This document shows positions 28,491-36,864 of a stretch of 64,000 nt of DNA, piece by piece. The stretch's first letter is position 1. The number at the start of each line of letters is the position of its first letter. The position numbers and the translations under genes are program-made. The stretch spans positions 160,001-224,000 of the IMG/VR virus record IMGVR_UViG_3300045988_137032; one strand, given 5' to 3'. The notes under the pieces are model-generated. The model was not told where the DNA came from, did not search any database, and worked only from the letters and a program-made list of their open reading frames with translations. This DNA comes from a virus.

Positions 28491-30392
28491 TTAAGACTCA
28501 ACGTCTTCAGTTACAATTGGAGCTTCCTCCTCAGTAACTTCAGGTTCAGTTGTTTCAGCCGAAGTATCTTCAACTGTCTCAGATGCTACCGTATCAACGG
28601 GAGTATCCTGAGCGGTAACAGTAGCAGCTACCTCGGGCAGAGAAACTGTGACTGCCCATCCAATGTAGCTCTTACCATTAACTTCCTTAACGGAAGCACC
28701 AACAGCCATAGTTGCATCAGGACTGATACTATGAACGGTTTCACCCTGCTCAGAAATGAACTCCTTAGTCTTCTTATAAGCAAGAGAATTCAGAGTATCC
28801 TGAGTTACCTTATATGCAGGACCAATATTAGTATCCGTATCCAGATCAGTTGTGACCGTATAAATCGTCATGGTACATGCGTCAGCATGCTGACCATTTT
28901 CTACAGCTTCAGACCATGCATCGAACTTAGCCTGCTCATCTACTTCAAGAGGAGTAGCATTATTCAAGTTGATGTTACCAGAATAATCTACTGTACCAAG
29001 TACGGTATCAACCATAGAAGACAGGTTGGTATCAATATCCTTATCGGACTCAGCAAATGCCTTTGCAATCAGAGGCTCTGCCTGCTTAGACAGAGGAGGC
29101 TCAACTGTAGGAAGATCAATGATAACTGCCCAACCAATATATACCTTGCCCTTTGTCTCAACAACGCTACCAGCGAATGTAAAGTCAGCATCATCACATG
29201 TATCCAGGATAGTTTCAGTCTGCTCACTGATGAATTCCTTCGTCTTAGTGAACGGCAGAGACTTCACGGTATCTTCAGTAACATTGTATGCCATGCCGAC
29301 ATTCGTATCAAGATCAATATCCTGAGTCAGAGTATAGATAGTGATAGAGCAACCATCAGCATGCTCTTCATTGGAAACGGCTTCGCTCCACTTATTGAAC
29401 TTAGCCATCTCCATGTCCTCAAGTGGCTCAACGATATTCATGTTGAGCTTACCATCAGAAGTAACCTTCTTCAGGTACTGAGTAATCTTGGAAGCCAGCT
29501 CTTCATTATTGGACTTACCAGCTTCTTCAAATGCCTCAGTAAGATTTGCCTTAGCACGATCGATGAGCGGATCCTTCTTCGTCTTAGGCATATGAGGCAG
29601 ACTAATTTTAGCTACCCAGCCAACATACACAGTGCCATTGACTTCAACAACCTGTCCGCCGACTTCAACTGTAGCGTTCGGATGATATTTCTTAGCTTCA
29701 GATGTAATCTTATTGATATAGGCAACGGTCTTATCGTTACAGACGAAGTCAACGATACGATCATGTACCACATACGCCACACCAGCATCCGAAACCAGAT
29801 TGATCGACTGAGTAATGTTATAGTCGTAATAAGTGATAGCCTGAGCTTCTTCACCTTCTGCAACAGCAGAACGCCACTTATTAATCTTATTAATATCCTC
29901 ACGATAGTTAGGAATGGCCAGAGCATAGCTCAGAGTACCGGTGCTATATACATGAGGGATAGCATCTGATACGATCTTACCAAGTTCTGCACTATTGGCA
30001 GTCTTAGCTGCCGTAAAGCCAGCAGCCAATGCTTCCTTAGCACGCTCAAACAAAGACTTTGTAGGAGTCACAGGCTTAGAAGTATCGGGCTTCTTATCAG
30101 GCTTCTGTGACAGCCACTTCTCTTCATTGTCATAAGCTTCACGAGATTTAATGCACATAAAGATACGCACATTATTATCCATATCGTAATAGTTCTTTAC
30201 GATATCATATACCTCGTTTTTATAAATAACGAAAGACTGCATAGCGGAAGTGCCAGTCTTATCAGAAATACCGATTTCCCAATCGTCCGGGAAATCAACC
30301 ATCTCACCACGCATCTTATTGATGGCAACGAGACCATTACCCCACTCGTTATTCAAAGGATCGAGCAGGAGCAATTTCATAGGAACTGCCAT
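28491..30392 (-). CDS. protein with three tandem repeats of about 150 aa and an acidic Thr/Glu tail
   Basis: AAAGGAGAT RBS. Repeats lie at about residues 113-266, 275-428 and 439-586. They share KF(N/D)xWSEAV..HAD(G/A)C..TIYT(L/V)T.D.D.DTN.G.AY.VT.DT..SL..KTKEFISEQ.ET...G(K/T).Y(I/V)GW(A/V)...LP. Confidence 0.7.
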   Translation of the reverse strand: MAVPMKLLLLDPLNNEWGNGLVAINKMRGEMVDFPDDWEIGISDKTGTSAMQSFVIYKNEVYDIVKNYYDMDNNVRIFMCIKSREAYDNEEKWLSQKPDKKPDTSKPVTPTKSLFERAKEALAAGFTAAKTANSAELGKIVSDAIPHVYSTGTLSYALAIPNYREDINKINKWRSAVAEGEEAQAITYYDYNITQSINLVSDAGVAYVVHDRIVDFVCNDKTVAYINKITSEAKKYHPNATVEVGGQVVEVNGTVYVGWVAKISLPHMPKTKKDPLIDRAKANLTEAFEEAGKSNNEELASKITQYLKKVTSDGKLNMNIVEPLEDMEMAKFNKWSEAVSNEEHADGCSITIYTLTQDIDLDTNVGMAYNVTEDTVKSLPFTKTKEFISEQTETILDTCDDADFTFAGSVVETKGKVYIGWAVIIDLPTVEPPLSKQAEPLIAKAFAESDKDIDTNLSSMVDTVLGTVDYSGNINLNNATPLEVDEQAKFDAWSEAVENGQHADACTMTIYTVTTDLDTDTNIGPAYKVTQDTLNSLAYKKTKEFISEQGETVHSISPDATMAVGASVKEVNGKSYIGWAVTVSLPEVAATVTAQDTPVDTVASETVEDTSAETTEPEVTEEEAPIVTEDVES

Positions 30393-30470
30393 TTTAATTA
30401 TCTCCTTTCGTATACTTAAGGAACTTAATCAATTGTGCTTTGTAATGATATTTACAAAGCACAATTTTGA

Positions 30471-30683
30471 TTAACGTAAAAGATGGAGAAGATAATCTCC
30501 AAATAATTTAATGATGTCGATGATAAGGCTAATGTTATTTCGCATTGCACTTCTACGATTTTTTCTAGTCTCATTTGCATCAGTATTTGTCATCATAAGA
30601 AGCCACATGATATATTCAAAATAGCATATGTAAGCTCCAATCGTAATTTGCGCAAGTGTCAAGAAACCATTCTGGCCTTCCAT
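30471..30683 (-). CDS. small membrane protein
   Basis: AAGGTGGTGA RBS. 70 aa with two hydrophobic segments. Hairpin at 30431-30466 lies downstream. Confidence 0.5.
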   Translation of the reverse strand: MEGQNGFLTLAQITIGAYICYFEYIMWLLMMTNTDANETRKNRRSAMRNNISLIIDIIKLFGDYLLHLLR

Positions 30684-30735
30684 TTAATCACCACCTTAAG
30701 TTTGTAATTTAAATTATTCCAATGTGCTTATTGAT

Positions 30736-30779
30736 AGAAAAAATAAGAGCCATCCCGAATGGAAGGATGGCTCTTATTC
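30736..30779 (-). terminator. terminator
   Basis: Stem AATAAGAGCCATCC / GGATGGCTCTTATT with a T run on the minus strand. Confidence 0.75.
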
Positions 30780-30782
30780 GTA

Positions 30783-30914
30783 TTACTTATTCTTCTTGTG
30801 CTTCTTTTTCTTCTTAGGGAAATCAACCTCAGCACGAGTGCCCTTCTTGAGGTTAGACACTTCCCTCGGAAGAACGACGGAAGCTTTTGCGATAAGGATC
30901 TCAAATCCATTCAT
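30783..30914 (-). CDS. 43-aa basic protein, AbrB/SpoVT-like hairpin motif (below the ORF-track cut-off)
   Basis: ATG 30914 lies 7 nt after GAAAGGAGAG. Sequence MNGFEILIAKASVVLPREVSNLKKGTRAEVDFPKKKKKHKKNK. Strong terminator immediately downstream at 30736-30779. Confidence 0.4.
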   Translation of the reverse strand: MNGFEILIAKASVVLPREVSNLKKGTRAEVDFPKKKKKHKKNK

Positions 30915-30932
30915 AATAAACTCTCCTTTCTA

Positions 30933-31244
30933 TTACAGGCTCCGAATCTCACGGAGCATATTCTGGTACCGGGGATCACGGGTAGCCAGAGCCATCTCAC
31001 CGAGGATAGCTTCAAAGTCTACCTTCTTGCCATGGGCATAACCATTAAGATCACCCCGAGGAGACTGGACATAAAGTTCAATCTCATCTTTATGCATGGG
31101 GTTAGTTCTGTAGCAGAATCTGCCACCTTCGATAACCCTGGCAAGGCATGTAACATTCCGAGGCATCTTGGTCGGAACCTCGGACATATCATGGACACTA
31201 TCGATGATAGTGTCCGCATTAAATAGTCTTATTGATGTGGTCAT
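30933..31244 (-). CDS. hypothetical protein
   Basis: 103-aa ORF in the same operon. RBS is weak. Confidence 0.55.
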   Translation of the reverse strand: MTTSIRLFNADTIIDSVHDMSEVPTKMPRNVTCLARVIEGGRFCYRTNPMHKDEIELYVQSPRGDLNGYAHGKKVDFEAILGEMALATRDPRYQNMLREIRSL

Positions 31245-31263
31245 TTCTCTTAATCTCGCTTTC

Positions 31264-32058
31264 TTATTTCACAGGCTTATCCTTGCACCGAATATAAGGT
31301 TCGATGTAGATTACTCTGCCACTTTTGTAATGACGGAAGTGGCCCTTCACCGCATACTGGTGATCGATAGGGCCACGCCGACGATTGATGTTCGTATAGA
31401 TCGGAGACCGCTTCGTCTCATCAATCATGACGTTATCATATTTCTCCGACAGTTCCCGATGATGAATGACCGGCTTCCTAGGCCCATTAGAAGCCGAGTC
31501 ATTCTGATACGCATGGATAGTTCTCCGCCTCATCACACTGAGCAGCATAATGGCAATGAAGTCCATGATCTCTCCGGTTACGATGTCAATAATCTCATTG
31601 CGTGCCATGCCGAGCTTCTCATTCGGTTTCATAGTAGCACGCCTAAAGTATGGGTTATTCAAAAGACCATGCCGAAGACCCTTAATGGTCGTATTCTTTC
31701 CAAGTTCAAATCGGATGATTGTATTATAACAACCTTGAGAAACTTTAAGGACGTCGTCAAACATATAAAGATCAATCAACACCGTATGCTTGTACTGATC
31801 TACAACATAACGAATGATGGTCTCTTTGTTGTTGTAACGGAAGAGACCGTGCTTAACCTTAGACTTCTCAGCGATGTCGTAGATCATACTACCAAGGTCG
31901 ACATTGTAGGAAGGCTTTCCAAGTGTATCACAGAGTACATCAAGCATGCTATCAAACCACATACGAATATACTCGACAGTAGTTTCATTCTCAATAACGA
32001 TGCTCTGGGCAAGTAATAACTCCTGTGCGCTAAGGGTATTCAGATAATAACCGGACAT
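31264..32058 (-). CDS. hypothetical protein, paralogue B (C-terminal GHFRHYKSGRVIYI motif)
   Basis: Leader AAAGGAGAGTGTAGAAACAATG is nearly identical to that of the upstream paralogue. C-terminal motif is shared. Confidence 0.65.
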   Translation of the reverse strand: MSGYYLNTLSAQELLLAQSIVIENETTVEYIRMWFDSMLDVLCDTLGKPSYNVDLGSMIYDIAEKSKVKHGLFRYNNKETIIRYVVDQYKHTVLIDLYMFDDVLKVSQGCYNTIIRFELGKNTTIKGLRHGLLNNPYFRRATMKPNEKLGMARNEIIDIVTGEIMDFIAIMLLSVMRRRTIHAYQNDSASNGPRKPVIHHRELSEKYDNVMIDETKRSPIYTNINRRRGPIDHQYAVKGHFRHYKSGRVIYIEPYIRCKDKPVK

Positions 32059-32088
32059 TGTTTCTACACTCTCCTTTTATAATTTTGA

Positions 32089-33009
32089 TTAATCGATGTT
32101 TGCCACGTAGTCTTTCGGCTTACGAGGTTTACCAACGCAATTGAGGTGCTCGTTGATCCAAATGACTTTGCCACTTTTATAGTGACGCCAATGGCCACGA
32201 GTGGTAAATTCAAACTGACGAGGACCAACTTTTCTCTGAAGTTTAATTTTCGGGATCTCATCGTCTTTCCTAAGATTGACGGTATAGATATTCCGGATCA
32301 GAGGAACTCTACTACGAGCGTTCTTTGATTTCTTCTTTCCACCCTTCTTCTCCTGATTAAGGCTAACTACATTTTTGCTTGAGATAATGTAGTTTTCCTT
32401 ATTGATTAATGCCAGATATTCGATTCCTAAAAGACCATATGCAATGCGCATAACCACATTGGAATAGCTTTCCTCAAGAGAATCTATGATTTCATCAGCT
32501 GAGACATGTCTCTTTTTAGCTTCGGCCTTTAAAGCGTTATTGAAGAATTCTTCATTGAATGGATTCAGAGTGGAATAGATTGCGTTGTTGCTGCCAATTT
32601 TCTTGGTATCTTCTTCGTTGTCGAACTCGATACAGAGTACGGTTCTGCAAGCTACATCACGGCACACTTTCCCATAACGAGTTCCTCTTGTCAAGTAATC
32701 AATCGTGAGATGTGCACCAGCATGTTCATCTCCGAAAACCTCGGCCGGATTCGTAAAGAATGCGAAGAGATATTCCGTATCAATACCGTCATCTTCAGAA
32801 AACGGATCTTTCTTCGCAAACTTAAGAACACCAGATGTGATTGGAATATGGTCCAGGGATTTGAAGATGTTGATCAGTGTTGACGGATTGTCTGGATCGT
32901 TACAGACAACAGAGAACAGCTTGTTGAAGTCTTCCTCGTCTTTCACGATCACACGATCTACCTTATCAGCAAGATCAAAATAGGACTTGATATCAATATT
33001 TTCAGCCAT
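32089..33009 (-). CDS. hypothetical protein, paralogue A (C-terminal GHWRHYKSGKVIWI motif)
   Basis: Leader AAAGGAGAGTGAAGAAACAATG. Basic linker KKGGKKKSKNARSR followed by the shared motif. Confidence 0.65.
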   Translation of the reverse strand: MAENIDIKSYFDLADKVDRVIVKDEEDFNKLFSVVCNDPDNPSTLINIFKSLDHIPITSGVLKFAKKDPFSEDDGIDTEYLFAFFTNPAEVFGDEHAGAHLTIDYLTRGTRYGKVCRDVACRTVLCIEFDNEEDTKKIGSNNAIYSTLNPFNEEFFNNALKAEAKKRHVSADEIIDSLEESYSNVVMRIAYGLLGIEYLALINKENYIISSKNVVSLNQEKKGGKKKSKNARSRVPLIRNIYTVNLRKDDEIPKIKLQRKVGPRQFEFTTRGHWRHYKSGKVIWINEHLNCVGKPRKPKDYVANID

Positions 33010-33062
33010 TGTTTCTTCACTCTCCTTTATTTTTTTTACTATTTCTACGGCTTACTTACATT

Positions 33063-33072
33063 TATAATATAT
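33063..33072 (+). promoter_or_regulatory. core-only copy (TATAATATAT)
   Basis: 54 nt upstream of 32089-33009(-). Confidence 0.45.
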
Positions 33073-33094
33073 AATCAAAAATTAAGTTGATACG

Positions 33095-33140
33095 TACAAA
33101 AAAGAAAGAGTAGCTAGAAGCCAATCACTACTCTTTCTTT
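33095..33140 (-). terminator. terminator
   Basis: Stem AAAGAAAGAGTAG / CTACTCTTTCTTT with a T run on the minus strand. The loop carries the 15-nt sequence repeated (inverted) at 33425-33439. Confidence 0.7.
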
Positions 33141-33150
33141 CAATCTGAAC

Positions 33151-33327
33151 TTAGCTCATGATCGGATACAGATAGCTATATCCGTTATCATTTACAAAGT
33201 TAATCAGATTTTTATCCAATCCTTTTCTGATAAGGATGTGCACCTCATCAGAAGTAATAGGATAATACCTACCAAGTACAACAGACCTGGTATCATCGTT
33301 GATGGCGATTTCGGAAAGTTTATGCAT
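33151..33327 (-). CDS. 58-aa hypothetical protein (below the ORF-track cut-off)
   Basis: ATG 33327 lies 8 nt after GAAAGGAT. Sequence MHKLSEIAINDDTRSVVLGRYYPITSDEVHILIRKGLDKNLINFVNDNGYSYLYPIMS. Terminator at 33095-33140. Confidence 0.4.
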   Translation of the reverse strand: MHKLSEIAINDDTRSVVLGRYYPITSDEVHILIRKGLDKNLINFVNDNGYSYLYPIMS

Positions 33328-33399
33328 AAATATCTATCCTTTCTAATTAAATTTAGAGAATCAATACTTTCATAAACTTTCTCCTTGTGGCTTCATGAA

Positions 33400-33417
33400 T
33401 ATAATATATCATTATAT
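33400..33417 (+). promoter_or_regulatory. AT motif copy 4
   Basis: Divergent spacer between the small ORF 33151-33327(-) and the RNAP-fragment operon(+). Confidence 0.6.
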
Positions 33418-33448
33418 TCTTAATTGATTGGCTTCTAGCAATACTTTA

Positions 33449-33506
33449 AATAGACTAGGCTGCTTAATTCATCCTGAAAACAGAATGGTAAGCAGCCTAG
33501 TCTATT
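33449..33506 (+). promoter_or_regulatory. 18-bp perfect stem-loop in the 5' leader of the RNAP-fragment operon
   Basis: AATAGACTAGGCTGCTTA (33449-33466) pairs with TAAGCAGCCTAGTCTATT (33489-33506) around a 22-nt loop. Lies between the AT motif and the RBS. Confidence 0.6.
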
Positions 33507-33540
33507 ATTTATCAATATAAAGAAAGGAGACACATTACGT

Positions 33541-34269
33541 ATGGCTATGACTCCTCAAAAACGTAAAAAGATGGAAGATATCATCTATAAGACGTTTAAT
33601 GCTCTGGATAAAACCGGATCAAATACAAAGCACTACAAGTCAGTCTTTAGTGCTATGAGTGATAATCAGTTTGATAAGTTCTTCAAAAACTTCTTCGCTG
33701 ATCCAAGTAAGTATCTGATTCTCACTGTGTGTGATTATCAGATTGACCTAAAGATGGATGACATTGAAGATGCAGCAAAAGTTCTTGGAGTTCCGCTCTT
33801 TGAACGAGTTGCATTTCCTCACTATACGATGGATAAGAAAAATATCATCGTATCAAAAGAAGCAGTTCCTGTTGGATACTGCCATATAAAACGTACCCAG
33901 CAGACAGTTGCTAAGAAGAATGGCCTTTCTACAACAGCAGATGCTCGTTCTTCTCTGACAGGTCAGGTTACTGGTGCTGATAAGAATGGCCGTGAATCCG
34001 ATATCGAGAACTACATGATGATCAGTCTGAATATGAAGGATACCTTGAAAGAACTCAATGGTCCTCGTGCAGATGATATGCATATGAAGCAGCAGATGTA
34101 CACAGCCATCAATACAAAGGGCTATATTACCATGGATGACATGGAATCTGCTCCTGAGAATAAAACAACTCTGAGTACAGTTGATGTATATCTGCTTGGT
34201 ATGGGATTGAATTCTGACCTGATCACTCGTGGTCTGATGACCAATAAGACTCTGAAGGAGGATGCATAA
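33541..34269 (+). CDS. multisubunit RNA polymerase beta-subunit C-terminal fragment (beta-like)
   Basis: AAAGGAGAC RBS. VGYCHIKRTQQTVAKKNG..ARSSLTGQVTGADKNGRESDIENYMMIS..TLKELNGPRADD..QQMY aligns by eye with bacterial beta (iGymYmlKL.HlVdDK.HARS.G.ys.vTqQPlgGKaqfGGQRfGEMEvwAL..LqE.lT.KSDD..gR..Y). Confidence 0.5.
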   Translation: MAMTPQKRKKMEDIIYKTFNALDKTGSNTKHYKSVFSAMSDNQFDKFFKNFFADPSKYLILTVCDYQIDLKMDDIEDAAKVLGVPLFERVAFPHYTMDKKNIIVSKEAVPVGYCHIKRTQQTVAKKNGLSTTADARSSLTGQVTGADKNGRESDIENYMMISLNMKDTLKELNGPRADDMHMKQQMYTAINTKGYITMDDMESAPENKTTLSTVDVYLLGMGLNSDLITRGLMTNKTLKEDA

Positions 34270-34270
34270 T

Positions 34271-35491
34271 ATGCCGTATCCTGCTAGAAAGATTACTGAA
34301 GATGAGAAGAAATATCTTCTCTCTTTGAAGCCTGAAGATCTCACATTCTCATGCCTTGTAGGTTTATTCGGTGATACAACCGATTCCGATAATGCATTCA
34401 AAGGTGTGAAGAAATCTCGGTTTAATACTTGGGATGAGATGACTCTCATGCCAAATGAATACTTCGTGAAAGAAAAGACTGTCACTACAGTTGGTAGATT
34501 CATCTTCAATAAATACCTCATTGAACGATTTGGTTTCCAGGATGTACTCGGTTATGAAAATAAACCTGTTACTCAGGATGAGTATGATTCTCTGGAAGGT
34601 AGAATGACAAAGGCTATTATTGAAGATAAGATTAGTCTGGATGCTTTCTACAGCTATATCGATTACCGTGATACATTGGGTATGCAGCTCAACTCAGTTA
34701 TCACAACTTCCTTTAGTCCGAAGACAGTCTCTCTTCCTCCGGATATTCGAAAGAAGAGAGACGAACTCTTTGCAAAGAATAAGGAAGCTCTTGATAAGGG
34801 TGATATCATCGTTTCTCAGAAGATTGAGAAAGAACTTGTTTCAGATGCAAAGAAAGCACTGGGTGATGATCCCGGTATGGATCTATATAACTCTGGTGCT
34901 CGTGGTAACTTCGGTAACTACAAGAATATGATGCTCTATAAGGGAGCAACCATGAATAATATCACCGGTGAGTATGAAATCATTCGGTCTTCGTTCATGG
35001 ATGGTATCTCAAAGCAAGACATTCCTGCCTTCGGTACTTCGGTTGTTTCCGGTGCTTATCCTAAAGCAGTTGGTACTGGTGTTTCTGGCTATCTCACAAA
35101 GCAGCTTCTGGCAGCTATGCAGGCCGAGGTTCTCGATGAGCATGGAAGTGACTGCGGAACAAAGAAAACGATTGCATATATCATGACACCGAAGGATGTA
35201 CGTGATTTTGAGTATCGGTATATCGTAGTAAATGGGAAATATGTATGTCTTACTCCTGACGTAATTGGTAATTACGTTGGTAAAGTAATTCAGCTTAGAA
35301 CTCCCATGTATTGCACTGGTAAGCACGTTTGCAATATCTGTGCAGGCGAACTGAATTATCGACTCAATAATAAATACATCGGACTTGGTTGTCCTATCAT
35401 TTCTGGTAAACTGCTTAATATGGGTATGAAGAAATTCCATACTTCCAATATTAAGACAAGTCAAATCAATCCTGACGATATCCTGATTTAA
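34271..35491 (+). CDS. multisubunit RNA polymerase beta-prime fragment (bridge-helix region to start of trigger loop)
   Basis: ATG 34271 lies 10 nt after AAGGAGG. TTVGRFIFNKY, NSGARGNFGNYKNMMLYKGATM, VSGAYPKAVGTGVSGYLTKQLLAAMQ..DCGT, LRTPMYC..VCNICAG and MGMKKFHTSN follow, in order, bacterial beta-prime TTvGR, SGARGS..QlaGMRGLM, THGARKGLADTALKTAnSGYLTRRLVDVaQ..DCGT, vRS...C..CYG and TFHxGG. Confidence 0.65.
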   Translation: MPYPARKITEDEKKYLLSLKPEDLTFSCLVGLFGDTTDSDNAFKGVKKSRFNTWDEMTLMPNEYFVKEKTVTTVGRFIFNKYLIERFGFQDVLGYENKPVTQDEYDSLEGRMTKAIIEDKISLDAFYSYIDYRDTLGMQLNSVITTSFSPKTVSLPPDIRKKRDELFAKNKEALDKGDIIVSQKIEKELVSDAKKALGDDPGMDLYNSGARGNFGNYKNMMLYKGATMNNITGEYEIIRSSFMDGISKQDIPAFGTSVVSGAYPKAVGTGVSGYLTKQLLAAMQAEVLDEHGSDCGTKKTIAYIMTPKDVRDFEYRYIVVNGKYVCLTPDVIGNYVGKVIQLRTPMYCTGKHVCNICAGELNYRLNNKYIGLGCPIISGKLLNMGMKKFHTSNIKTSQINPDDILI

Positions 35492-35523
35492 ATAATCCTT
35501 ACTGGAAAGAGAGGTGATATAGT

Positions 35524-36810
35524 TTGGATTCAAAGAGACTTCATGAATATGATCTAACCAATGATGAACGTCATGATCTTATCTATGGTCATCCTCAGCA
35601 TTACATTCAAGCGCAGACTTCTGCTGCTCATACCTTTGGTAATGTAACTGCATTCGTTCAGAATTGGCTAATCAATCTATTCCCTCAGGACTTTTTTAAG
35701 ACAATTCATGTCAATAGTAAGATTGCTCATGCTCAGATGCGTAGCACTCCGAAAGAATTCTTAAAGAAACAGCCACCCATGTTTGTTATTCGTCCTAGAA
35801 TTGACTGGGATGATGACAACCGTTTCTTACGTGGAACTCCATTGATTGAACGTCAAGGAGATCTCTATATGATGAATGGTATGACAAACTTACAGGATTT
35901 CATCTTTGATAGAAATTCAAGAGCTTGTATTAAGTACCAGATGAATCGTAGTGTCATTAACTTCGATGTCATTCTGATCTTCAATACCATGATTCAACAG
36001 ATCAACTGGGCAAACTACTTCAAGAATATGGTACGGTATGAGATTCCGTTCAATCTTCAGACATGTCTTGAAAGTTTTATCCCAAGAGATCTTCTTGCAG
36101 AATATTCCAAACTCATCAAAATTCCTATGGAAGATGAGAATGGTAGTAATGCAAAATTCCTTCATTATCTGAATTCTACTTCATCTCTACCCATCACATA
36201 TAAGCTGAAAGGTTCAACTGGTCATGATGAATACTATCGATATTATCCCGTTAATATTGATACGATCATTACGAACTTCTCAGTAGACGATGGTGAGAAA
36301 GCTGGACAGATTGGGGATCTCTATAAGATTACCTTCAGTATGAGATGTGAATTCTATAGTACGGGATTCTATTACATCTTCTGTGATGATATTAAGAAGA
36401 ATAGTATCATTACATGCGATGATAGTGGTAGTACGATTATTCCAATTTTCACTGATGTACTTACGGAAGATGATACGAATCTTCCTCTTGGCTGGAGTCT
36501 ATATGCTTCTCCGTCTTGTAGATTGGAGAAACCAGATGATGAAGTTGATCTATCCAGTCTATTCAATGATAGCTTGAAGAAGACTTTGAATTGGCATTTT
36601 GAACGTGGAATGACAACACAAGACTTCTTTAAGATGAGAGTAAGAAAGCAAGGAAGACTTATGGTTCCTGATAAGGATTACTCCTTTGACTTCAATACTC
36701 TCACTATGAAATTTCATAACCAAAATCCGTATTATACTTATAAGATCATTATTCTCGTCAATGTGGATTACATCAATAATCTTATCAAAGAGATTTATAA
36801 TCTTAAGTAA
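35524..36810 (+). CDS. hypothetical protein (last gene of the RNAP-fragment operon)
   Basis: TTG start after AGAGAGGTGA. 428 aa with no RNAP motif recognised. Terminator at 36822-36864. Confidence 0.6.
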   Translation: MDSKRLHEYDLTNDERHDLIYGHPQHYIQAQTSAAHTFGNVTAFVQNWLINLFPQDFFKTIHVNSKIAHAQMRSTPKEFLKKQPPMFVIRPRIDWDDDNRFLRGTPLIERQGDLYMMNGMTNLQDFIFDRNSRACIKYQMNRSVINFDVILIFNTMIQQINWANYFKNMVRYEIPFNLQTCLESFIPRDLLAEYSKLIKIPMEDENGSNAKFLHYLNSTSSLPITYKLKGSTGHDEYYRYYPVNIDTIITNFSVDDGEKAGQIGDLYKITFSMRCEFYSTGFYYIFCDDIKKNSIITCDDSGSTIIPIFTDVLTEDDTNLPLGWSLYASPSCRLEKPDDEVDLSSLFNDSLKKTLNWHFERGMTTQDFFKMRVRKQGRLMVPDKDYSFDFNTLTMKFHNQNPYYTYKIIILVNVDYINNLIKEIYNLK

Positions 36811-36821
36811 AATTACGGCAG

Positions 36822-36864
36822 AAGACGTACTACGTAAATATTTCATTACGTAGTACGTCTTTTA
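36822..36864 (+). terminator. terminator
   Basis: 16-bp stem AAGACGTACTACGTAA / TTACGTAGTACGTCTT followed by TTAT. Confidence 0.75.

Noticed and set aside
28731-29969. 412-aa plus-strand ORF
   Set aside because: It is antisense to the triple-repeat gene. That gene has a strong RBS, a terminator, and an internally consistent repeat structure that only makes sense on the minus strand.
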